From: Mizuhopecten yessoensis | Taxonomy: Eukaryota | NCBI RefSeq assembly: GCF_002113885.1 | Contig: NW_018408800.1 | Location: 398,174 to 452,526 of the forward strand | Direction of reading: 5' to 3' | Length of the DNA stretch: 54,353 nucleotides | Shown here: positions 1 through 11,600 of the stretch, in pieces | How the letters are laid out: each line of letters starts with the position of its first letter | Numbering within the stretch: the first letter of the stretch is position 1 | Translations under genes and position numbers: made by a program | The notes under the pieces: model-generated | The model's input: only the letters and a program-made list of their open reading frames with translations | Told to the model about the DNA's origin: nothing | Databases searched by the model: none

Positions 1-970
1 GACGGACCACGGACGCAGGGTGATTTGAAAAATATGGTTCAAAACATTGCTTACACTAAATACAAATACTTCAACCTTATAATAAACAACAGCTTATTGA
101 TGGTGGTGGTCCAACACTACCCAAAAAAACTTGCACAAAAACTTTAACCTCAAGCGTACCCAAAAACATTAATCAAGTCCAATAAAGCTGTTTTGGCCCC
201 TAAAATATAAAGTCCAGAACATTGCTACAATCAAAATCGTTACGGCGTCAACAAGCTGTGTTCAAAAAGCACACGCCCACAGACCTAACAGTTGTTTCAG
301 TGTCACTTTCACTGTATAGTTCACGAAAATGTGGATAGGTACACATTTAACGAAACATTCAAGTCATGACACATGGTTTGAAACATGAACATGCAATGTA
401 AATTTTATATTTCCATATACGTGTATGCGTAACCTTAAGTTGACGATGCGCTCAAACAACAAGTCTCCGAAAAAGATGCAATGTTGTACACTGCTTCTGA
501 AATCAAGAACGACACCGACCTCAAACGTTCCATCGACCAATCGACCAGCCAGATGCAGTGAGTGACACGCTGAAACAACCGTTCGTTTTGTGGGCGTGAT
601 CGTTTTGAACACGGCTTGTTGACGCCATAACGATTTTGATTGTAACACTCCATATAAACCTTAAAAAAGACAACTGTGTATTGAGTATGATGATCCAACA
701 CTGTCTTGAAAACTTGCCCAAAAACCTTAACCTCAAATTTACTGAAGTTCAATCAACTGTTTTTGGCCACTAAAATATGAAAATATGGTCCAGCACAATG
801 CTTACACTCGATAATGACTTATACTCATAAATGACAACTGTGTATTGAGCGTGATGATCCGACACTGTCTGGAAAAAAACTTGCCCTAAAACTTTAACCT
901 CGGAAGATGGGACGCCGACTCTAGGGTTACTACATTAGCCCCCCTATTCTTCATATAGGCGAGCTAAAAA
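1..970 (-). mobile_element. Non-autonomous Helentron-like element(s) (HINE), partial
   Basis: GGAC/GACG microsatellite-like motifs and internal repeated modules (aaaatatggt..cattgcttacact at ~29 and ~780). Ends in tagcc..ataggcgagctaaaa, like the other HINE termini in the window. Confidence 0.6.
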
Positions 971-1815
971 GGAAAAACCATATCACTGACTTTGTTCTCC
1001 ATTGTCTTCAATGTGTAGTCAATGGGACTACCATATCCATCGCAAATGCGACAGGTAAGCATGATTTTTTTCTGTCTGTTATATATTTGTGGCTACTCTA
1101 AAACACACTCTAAGCAATGGAGGTGATACAATTTGTCATTTCACAAAAATTTAGACAACTGAATTAACATATTTCTGTAGACAATTGTACCTCATTGTAA
1201 GATATTTTAATTAAATGACCGAAATATAACTCAATAACTCTTAACTCAATGACAATGAATGTACATTATACATACACATAAAGCTACTGACAGTACTTAC
1301 ATATTATACTGTATACCTGCACTCTACTGTATTTTGACTGACAGCCTCAGACAGGTGATCATGGAACTGTGAATGCAGGATGCATTTCACGATTGGCAAG
1401 ATTAGTCAGATACACGTCTCATATTATTAAAGTATGTTACGGTAGACAAGATACAAGTGTTCTGTTTTCACAAATCACATTATAATCCATCGAAAGCTAA
1501 AGTCTTGTTTTGGTTGATGGGATAAAGAAGCAATGTTACATACCCAAGATTGTTGTCAGCAAGAGAGAACTCTTCTATGCCCAGAGGTAGAGAGCTGTTA
1601 CATTTACCACCCCTATCGCTTTGGCAGTAGAATTCGATAAATAATTCGTTGTCATTAATTGGAGAATATCAAAACTTATATCTGCTAACATATTATCTCA
1701 TACAGTTACATAAAACGTATAGAAATATAATCCTCTACGACGAGTAATATTTGTGGATATCAATTAAAAGTAAATTGTGTTGCTGTTCTGATTACCTCCA
1801 CTAAAACTGACTAAA

Positions 1816-1878
1816 CAGGAAGCTGCGGCCATTTTGAGAATTTATCATTTCCTGCTTTTCTTCGGAATCACACAAGAG
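1816..1878 (+). promoter_or_regulatory. Putative epsin core promoter / non-coding first exon
   Basis: ETS-like CAGGAAG (1816) and YY1-like GCGGCCATTTT (1825-1835), followed by a splice donor GAG|GTAAAA at 1878/1879. The ATG-containing exon starts at an acceptor (5011), so an upstream exon is required. Confidence 0.5.
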
Positions 1879-2691
1879 GTAAAATACGTAGAATAACTCA
1901 TTTCATAGTAATTTAAATAATTTCGACTCGTGATTTCGTATATTGAAATAGACCGAACCATATGTCGATTGAAATGGTCAAATATTTTGAAAAATCTGAG
2001 TAATTTTACATTACTTGTGACACTTCTCACAAAATTATATCATGATGTCATGATCTTTTCTAACGTTCAATGTTAATTGACGGACATATAAGAAGGGTAG
2101 TATCCTAAAACATTGCTTGCATTTAAAACCCACGTTATCATCCTAAGTGGATATGGCAAGTATTAAGCAGACTGAGGCGTGATATCCATGTCATGCTTGC
2201 TTATTTTGATAGATTGTAAATATATTTTTTATGAAGGATGATTACACAATAGCTATTGTGTTTAAGATGTGTTAAAGCATAACGCGTGTACTCAGTACCA
2301 GTTATTTTCGTGTATAAGGGAAGGACGCCAAAAATGTTTTCATCCAATGTACTTTTTAATAGAGTAGTTAACCGAATCTCCACTGCTAAAACCTCAAATC
2401 TGTTATCATAGTTACCTGTCTAATCAGTTGAACAAATATAATTTGATTTTTTTTCTCCATCAGTTACATCTCTCTGTCATGACTTCTGACCTTTCCCATG
2501 AAATATTTCTTCTCCTTCGTTCCAATAATCTGCATACAACCTCTTGTGTAGATGTGGCACATACTTAGGGGAAACATGCCTCTTTTAAAACCATTAAAAA
2601 CTTTGTAGGCAGTACAATGTTTAAATACAGTTAAAACATTTTGTTAGATAACATCAACTCTTTTACTTTTGATGCCTTTGCTTATTTTACT

Positions 2692-2725
2692 CAGAGACGT
2701 ATAATACATCTATTATACGTCTCTG
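2692..2725. mobile_element. 34-bp minimal foldback element (15-bp perfect inverted repeats, TTTTACT direct repeat flanks)
   Basis: CAGAGACGTATAATA-catc-TATTATACGTCTCTG, with TTTTACT at 2685-2691 and 2726-2732. Confidence 0.6.
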
Positions 2726-5164
2726 TTTTACTTTCCTAGATAATGAATTAGCTAGACTAGTAATTCAGATTGATATATATATATATCGGTTTTTGTGAAT
2801 GGACAAAAATATTTAAATCGGTTATATTAACAGGTCATAAAAAAGTACAAGGCAAATTGATAAATAACTATCAAGCAAGTATAAATATATATATATTGTT
2901 TGTTTTTTAATAAAAAAAGATGTGGCTGCTATTTGTAAAAAGCTAACAGTAATATAGCCGGTTGTACATAATTAGAAGCTTACAAAGAGTTGGTTAAGTC
3001 CATGTGACAGTGTGAAACTTTTATAGTTTTATCCTAATATGTATAGATAGATATTTAGATTTTTTTTAGATGATTTAAATTTGAATGAAAGTAAATTTTA
3101 TACTATTATACTGAGCATTAGAAGACCTTTTTACATATTGTACATTGTATGTAAGAGTGATGCAGATATTTGGAGCTGTCATGGTACACTTAACTAGTGA
3201 TTCAATATATATATATATATATTATATAATAAAGCAATACTTGTGCCACAATACTTTTAGTTTTCATTCAATCAATTTTGCTATACCATAATTCAAAATG
3301 CAATGAAATGACCCAAAATAACAATTGCAGAAGTTGAGGTCTTGATCTTAAACATTGATTCTTCTTCCTCTACAGCTTTTGTGCTTCCATGGGTATGTCT
3401 CTTTTGACGTATTTCTGCTATTTAACACTTTGAACACTGGCCCTGAATGACTCATTAATGATAATATTGGTCTATAAGACTATGGTGTTAATATGATCTG
3501 TAGTTAGTTCATTTCATCCACTACTATTATGACATCACTGGTATGTACATATATAGTGATCAAATATTCATTATCACTTCAATTAGTTGGAACAGTCATG
3601 CTCAGTACTGGATGAAACTATAGTGTATTGTATTTTGTTCAAGGAAATTGATTATTATGTCTACTCAGATATTCCTGGTGAAGTTGACTATACTTTTATA
3701 GCAATCTCTTATTCCTTACAAAATGCAAGTGTCCAGTTAATTATAAAAATCTTGTTTAATGGATATTTCCCATTGCACTCTCAAGGTAGTTTATACAGTA
3801 TTTGTAAAAATGATAATGTTGATGTACATGATGTATTGAGACTGCACACATGGATATGCTGTATACAGAAAACACTACTCCCACACATGTTCATGTGTCA
3901 TTCAATGTGACTGTGTATACGTATTATATATATACATGTATATATGAATATGCTGTGCAATTTTATTTCCTACTTTCAAGTAAATGATATCATCACAATT
4001 TCTCCTCTTAACTAAGTGATCATGATTCATTCTTGATTACTTTTAATGTGCATAAAAGGGAGATTTTGATATGATATGAATATTTTGTGTATATTTTTAC
4101 CACTTTCCATGGGTATTTATAAATTACCTATTAATAACGACTGAGTTTTGTAGAATTTTATCTTTATGCAAGTCCTGTCCATCCTTTTCAAATTTAAAAT
4201 GCATGTGGGTCCACAAAAAGTTAACGAGTCCCACAGGAAAAGCATGAGTCAACGTCCAGGACTTGAATAAATCCCAAAAATTACATGGTAATAATACAGT
4301 TACAGTAGATATATATGCTAACTAGATTCAATTTTTTTTCAAGGAGGAAAGCATCTTCACAGGATTTTTCCTATTGCTATAGAATATTACAACAAATTTG
4401 ATACAACACTTTGATACATTTTAAAGGTAAGTATTGATTTTGCAAATCATGTTATAGTGATCTTAAAACACAGACAGAAGTAATTCATCATTTGATGTTG
4501 AAATAATATTAATGTAGCAAGTTTTGATGATGTTGACTAAATAACTCCTAATTGTAAGAAATAAGAGAAATATTCTGTAGTGTAAATGACCAGTTATTCA
4601 AAACAAATTTATGAAAAAAGTCTAATTGCAAACAATATCTTTATAGTGGCAATGTAGCGGTGTAGTCCAATGTCCATGGATAGCAGGTTTTATATCTGGG
4701 CTTGTAAAAAAAAGAATTTGGCAAAATCGGATTATAATTGTATACTTTTGATACCTGGTATATTTTTTTTAAAGGAAGGGAATAAAACAAACAATATGGT
4801 AAAATTAAATTTGTTGAGAAAACTTGCAGTCCTCACATGATAGCTTCATGTAGTAATGTTAATCTCTCTGTTCTGTTTTGAATTTGAGTAATTATGATCA
4901 TTTTGCATGATCACTGTCATTGATAATTTATTCCTTCATATGACATAACCCTTTTAAGCACACATATATATCCAATATTAATTACTACACATGTATGCTC
5001 TCATTTGCAGATCTGTATGCTGTGAGGTTTATAGACAATTGAAGTAAGTTTAGTGCTGACACCAGGGATGCGGCTTTAGTTTAGAGACTGCTGTAACTGG
5101 CTATCAGAAACGAAGCATAAGGACAATCATCAGATTTGATTGGTTTCCATAAAATAGAATCATC

Positions 5165-5662
5165 ATGTCTAACATGCCACCTATTCGCCGGACAATTAAA
5201 AATGTTGTCCGGAATTATTCAGAAGCTCAAGTGAAGGTGCGTGAAGCGACTTCAAATGATCCATGGGGTCCATCAAGTACACTTATGGGAGAGATTGCGG
5301 ATTTAACGTACAATGTTGTAGCGTTTACAGAGGTCATGCAGATGGTCTGGAAGAGACTGAATGATCATGGTAAAAATTGGCGCCATGTGTATAAGGCATT
5401 AGTATTATTGGATTATATTATCAAAACTGGGAGTGAAAAAGTTGCCCAGCAGTGTAAGGAAAATATATATGCCATTCAGACACTGAAAGATTTCCAGCAC
5501 AAGGAGGATAATAGGGATCAAGGCATGAACGTACGGGAAAAGGCAAAACAGCTTGTGGCTCTGTTGAAGGATGATGAGAGGTTAAGAAATGAACGAGCAA
5601 AGGCACTCAAAGCAAAAGAAAGATTTGCACAGAGTGCCATGGGAATAGGAAGCGATAATAAG
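5165..5662 (+). CDS. EPN2: Epsin exon: ENTH domain (exon starts at 5011)
   Basis: NYSEAQVKVREATSNDPWGPSS...KNWRHVYKAL; acceptor tttgcag|5011; donor AAG|GTATAA, phase 0. Confidence 0.96.
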
Positions 5663-8600
5663 GTATAAAACTAGCACTTTTAATTAGGTGTTTATTTTTT
5701 TTAATTTCCCTTGAAAGGTGTATCCACACATTTCCCTGTGTGAGATATCTTTGTCTTAGCCTAGGGTTGAGACATCAGGATTGCCCATCCCCAATCAAAT
5801 CAATTGTATGATGTCACATAAACAAATACATTGATGCAAAGTCAAGAATGCCTAGAGTCTGTTACATCAATGTATATGACAGGGTCATTAGGGTAAGAAA
5901 AAATAATCATTCACATTTGAGGTGAGATGGGCAATCTAGATCTAGATCTTAAGTCTTTGGGGAAAGATATTTTTAAGCTGACAAATACTCAGCTATAAAC
6001 ATGTGATTGGTAGATTAAAAATTCCCTGAGAATTAGATTTCCCTATCCCACCCATGCATGGCCAAGGAGGAGAATCTATTATTCTCCAATATGTTTCAAA
6101 ATCACATAGCAAGGACATTGCAGATAAAACAGTATTCTTAAGTTAGGGTCAATACATACAAATTGTATCAGATACTTTCCTAAATGATATGATGAAACAT
6201 CAATATATAAAAATATATACTTAATTGAGTAAAATAGCGATATACAGCAAGTGGCAGTATTGATAAATAAGCATTATAAAACATATTTTGGATAAAATCA
6301 AGAATTAATATAAATGCATTGATGAAAGAAATACCATTTTTGAATTGGCGTATATTGTAGATAAAGTATGGTGCTGGAAGCCCAAGTCTAGAGGCCAGCT
6401 CTGCTGGATATACTGATCCGTATGGAGGTGCCACAGGAGACGCTCTCAGTGGTGGAGGCAGTGAAACTTGTATGTCTAGACCCCCGTACAGCTAGAGTAC
6501 CACATGTGTACAGTAACTAATTAATTGGAATGATGCTACTGCTAGTACCTGTACATGCATTTTTTTATAACTATTTGATCCTTTATAGAGATTATTAATT
6601 TATGGTAGATTAACATGTTGTCAATCAGGTAGATATAGATTGCAATCCATATAAATTATTTCCATATGTAATATTATATAATAGAATCACTTAAAACTTT
6701 TTATCTATCATTTATTTTAACGACTTGGTGAAGTCAAGCGGGTGAATATAACAAAATCCGTTTGATAATATAGAATTTGATATTTAGTTAGTTTATAAAT
6801 TCAAAAATATATTTTTTTTAAACCTAAAAATTGGTATACTCTCTGGTTTGAAACAATGATTACTAAATTATCTGTCAATAACAGCATCGCCTACAGAAAA
6901 TACTGGANGATGACATCAAACTTCAGATGGCCCTGGATGAGAGTAGAAAACATGCTGTTGAAGAAGTAGGTTACATAAAAATGGATGTTTTTGTTCTTTA
7001 ATAAAGATTCTGATATAATTTTTCTCAGTTAATATTGATATAAAAAACCCAAGTAAGCTAGCTATATGCAGTCCACGTTTTAGATACTCATGTCACATGA
7101 TAGGGGAGCATGCATACTTCTTTAATAGGACGAGTCGAGCCTAGGGCACAATCCCCACACGCTCATGTGCCCAAGTCCCGCATCACCTATAACTACCGTC
7201 AACCCAGGTTTGATGGGTATAGTTTTGTCGTTGGGTTGATATATATATATATATAAACATCTATGACCTGACAGCTGTCGCAACAATAGTCCAAAACAAT
7301 GGTGACTATTCCTGGCTGCATATCTGACAAAAAGATACTTGAAAGTTATAATCACTTTAGTTAACCATGAGAAATGTCAACAATTTCCATAGAAAATTGC
7401 CTATTTATAACTTCTATGCTGTTTTCATGCTCCTGGTTACCTTCAGACCAGAAGTATGCATGTCCCCTTTAGTGTACACCAAGTGGTGCCAAACAAAAGG
7501 GCTATTTTCTGGAAACTTTAAACTCAGAAGCAATATGCAACAATGTCTTAGTTTGTCACACTGCCAAAACTTGTTTTAAAGCTGAAATCTGATTATTCTG
7601 CTCCCCATACAAATACCTTCTCTGCACCCTTAGAATATGTCATGACAAAATTTATGTCTCTTTATACACCACCTTGCAGATGATAGACTTGTCCGATGTC
7701 TGTTATGGAGATGAAAGGATTTGGATGGCAATTGCATTGTAACAGTAAAATTGACGGGCTTTTAAATTTGAGTGTACCTCCTATGTAATCTTCAAAGAAA
7801 CGGTATCAGCAAACTGGGAGCCTTTATTTTTGTCAGGTTATATTCCAAGGGTGTAGGAAAGATTTGTACATGGAGAGAAGAAACCTTGGATTTCAAAGAT
7901 TGAGGTCACTAATGTACAAACTTTCAAGCAGTGGGTTGAAATAAACTGTTTTTCTTGAACAAAATGGTAAAGCTGGGCCATCACAATGTATAAAATTTAA
8001 ATATTTTATCTTTCAACTGCTACAGACCAGGGATGTACAAGTTTTTGAATTTTGAAATCTAACTTGAGGCTAGCTAGCACTCTTGAATATAAATTAAGTT
8101 GTACACCCCTGCAGACTATAAACATTTTGCTAACAGTATCTGACTCTTTGATTCCAAGCTTTAAACATCTTGGCTGTGGTTGAATTGGCATCCTTGGGTG
8201 CAAGTTTTGATTATCATGTCTTTATGTATGCATCCTGAATACTGTGTTGGTGTTATTTTGCACACTAAGGTGGTATAAAAAAATAGTTATTGATGCAAAC
8301 ACACTGAAATTATATTTCTTATCAAAAGTCGCACCCAAATACACTGATTAATAGGGCAGTTTACAGTATGATCAAATTCAGTGTATTTGACATATATTTC
8401 GAAAGGAAAATCAAACTTAAACGAGCTATTTAATGTTTGATACAGTAAATTTTATTCCCAGGATTATGGATCCTATATTCTGCAAGAGTTGGTAGTGTCC
8501 TTTTATAATTAAGTCTGCTACTCTCATTGATTGGTTTTTATTAACCTTCAAACATTTTACATGGTACTAAATGTACCAACAGAGTTGTGTTATTTACTTT

Positions 8601-11600
8601 CACTCAAATGGTGGAGGAAATGGCTTCTTAAACTTTTGCATGTTTAGTGATTAAGTTCAGTACATTTAAGATTTCTGAAATCATTACAATGTACTTTTTC
8701 CAGATAATTTCCAACCTCTCAATTTCTGTTGTTAACTTTTTTTGCACTTGTACACATTTCTTAAAACACATTTACAGTATGTTTCTTTTATTATTTATCA
8801 ATTGATATTTGTGGAGTTTGCTTTTTTTCTTGTTGGGGTTTTCTTTTGCTTTTTTACATGTTCCTTTAGGAAAGGAAGAAGGACACAAGTAAAAAGGTTA
8901 ATTTAAAATTTCAGTTCCACTTCTCTGTATATTATTGAAGCAAACCTATCCATCATTGCACCATCATTTCCATCCATGGTTTGGTACATTTTTTAGTAAC
9001 TCTCCCTTGTATATATATGTTTTATTATGTTTCTGCTGGAATGCCTTATAAGCTGTTGTGTATATATGCCAGCCGTATGCTTGGTACAGAAAACAATATT
9101 TAGCTGACATTTCATTTAGGGTTTCATTTTCCCTAACTCTTTTTGAGAAATCATAGTTTTGTACATATTGCATTGTTTCGTCACTCTAAGTCATGAATGT
9201 CTTTTGAATTAATTAAAACATTTACTGATATCATACTTCATCATGTAATGTTGTAAAATAATTTCAGAAATTTCAAGACATGTTATATAGTGTTAAAAAG
9301 GTCATGTTATATAGCTCATCGCTCTAGTTTTTTGTGTCGCCTATTACGGATGTCGGAAAGACACATAGGCGTTGCTTTTCGACGGCGGCGTCAACAATGT
9401 TAAGGTTTTGCGTTTAGCTCTGTTTCTGACAAAGTTACACCAACAAAACTTCGATCAAAGATGAAGCATGGGTAGTGGAGCCTACTGCACTAAAAACATT
9501 TCACTGATTTCTGCATTTTTTTGGTGAAAACCTCAAATTTCTGGACTTAAAAAAAAACTAAACGTTAAGGTTTTGCGTTTAGCTCTTACATATTAGACTG
9601 TTTCTGACAAAGTATAAATGCTAGAGCGACCAAACTTGGGTCATAGGTGTATCATGGGATGTATTGCTGAATGAATTACACTCTTTACTAGCATTTCAAC
9701 GATTTCTGTATTTTTGGGCTAAAAACCTTAAACTTTCTGAACTTAGAAAAAAACTCAACATTAAGGTTTTGCGTTTAGCTCTTGCATATTAGGCTCTTTC
9801 TGACGAAGTATAAGAGCTACACCAACCAAACCTCAATCATACATGTATCATGGGTAGTAGAGCCTACTACTCTAAAAACATTTCATGGATTTCTGCACTT
9901 TTTCGGATAAAAACCTGAAATTTCTGGACTTTAAAAAAAATCAATGTTATGATTTTGCGTTAAGGTCCGTTTCCTTATGTACTATGTCAAATGCTTATTA
10001 TATTGACAAAGCGGGACAGGCGACACATATAATTACGTGTAATTCTTGTTAATAAAATACTGTATGGATTTATTTAATTTGTAAGCATTTTACTGTTACA
10101 TTATTATAATTATTATTATTATTTAATTTGCATTCTGATAAATGAATGTTATTTCAAATCAGATAACGCTTCCAAACCCTTCCAAGACAATCCATGCTGT
10201 ACTCCAACTGCATGCTTTAGCACTGCCTTTGATTGTCTCCCTTCCCTTGTGAAACCTACAGTACTATTGTGTGTGTATGTTTTGTGGTCTAGATATCCTT
10301 GAGGGATATATATCTCACACATACTCATTTTGTCCTATCTATTAAGTTGTCAAATTAATGTAGTTCAATAATTATTTTAAGATATCAACGTGCAGTTTGG
10401 CTGCTGACCATAGCATGTATGCTGCATTCACTATATACAAAGCAGTATAATCTTGGTTCTTAGACTCATACCTAATTAACAACGGCTGATAACACATAGT
10501 GTTGCATCTGTTTGTGTTTTCCCTGCAATATTGCAAAATTCAATCCTAAATTTATTGTTATGAATTTAATAAGTGTTGCTGAAGTTACATAAAAGATATA
10601 TGTAAATGATTTTTTTTTAAATGGACATTGTTGATGGTTGTTTTAGATGCAAAAAATCACTTGAAATTTAGACTATATTTAAGATTAATTTTCCAAACAA
10701 ATACATACATTGTGAAAATGATTATCCTCAGGTTTGGAAATGTACAAAATAAAAAGATATAATTATTGCAATGTACAATTTCAGTGAATAATGTGCTTCA
10801 TGTTTTTTTTGTGTCAGGTTTTTTTTGTAATTGTCATGTATTGTACAATAACTGCATGCATTCAAGTTTTTATACAAACTCTGTTTGAATTTTTTCATCA
10901 TCATGATGTCAAACAAATTACCTAATTTCATTTCAAAAACAAATTTGATAGTTTTCGAACTAGCTCATTTTATTTCCCAAAATGAATGATTTTTTGTTGA
11001 AAACTTTTTACTGCCAAAAAAGAAGCATTCATGATAAAATTATCTTTTTACTTCGTTTTTTTAAATTTGATAATGCCTATTCTTTTTGTCACATTGAAAG
11101 TGTAATATCTTAAAATATTTTAACATAAACATTTCTTTTAATCTAACCGGAACTTCTTTGTTTTGTTTGCAGCCTGAATTACCTGGTAAGAAGGGAAAAG
11201 CCCAGCCATCAGATCCCTGGGGAGTCCCAGCCCAGCCAGCTCCAACTGACCCCTGGGGAAGTCCACTGCCTGGACCACCAGGCCAGGCTCCTAAGGCACA
11301 GCCCCCACCCCCTTCAGCTGTGGAAGACCCCTGGGGATCACCGGCAAAAGTTCAAGCTCCTGCCAGTAACCCTGATCCTTGGGGAGCCCCAGTGAATGTC
11401 AGTCCTGTGCCGCCCCCATACCCCACAAGTAATTCTTCTTTTACACATCATACAGTAGCGGTTGTGATACGTATATTAAAGTTTATAGAATCAATCTATG
11501 TTAATTGTTTATAATTAGGGTGGTGAAATAAAATTTGAATAAATTCTAAAAAGATTGGCCCTAGAATGTTTATATTGAATTCTTCAAGACCAATCAGTAT

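Noticed and set aside
1040-1062. Strong donor-like CAG|GTAAGC as an alternative epsin first exon
   Set aside because: No supporting acceptor or promoter evidence, so it cannot be supported from sequence alone.
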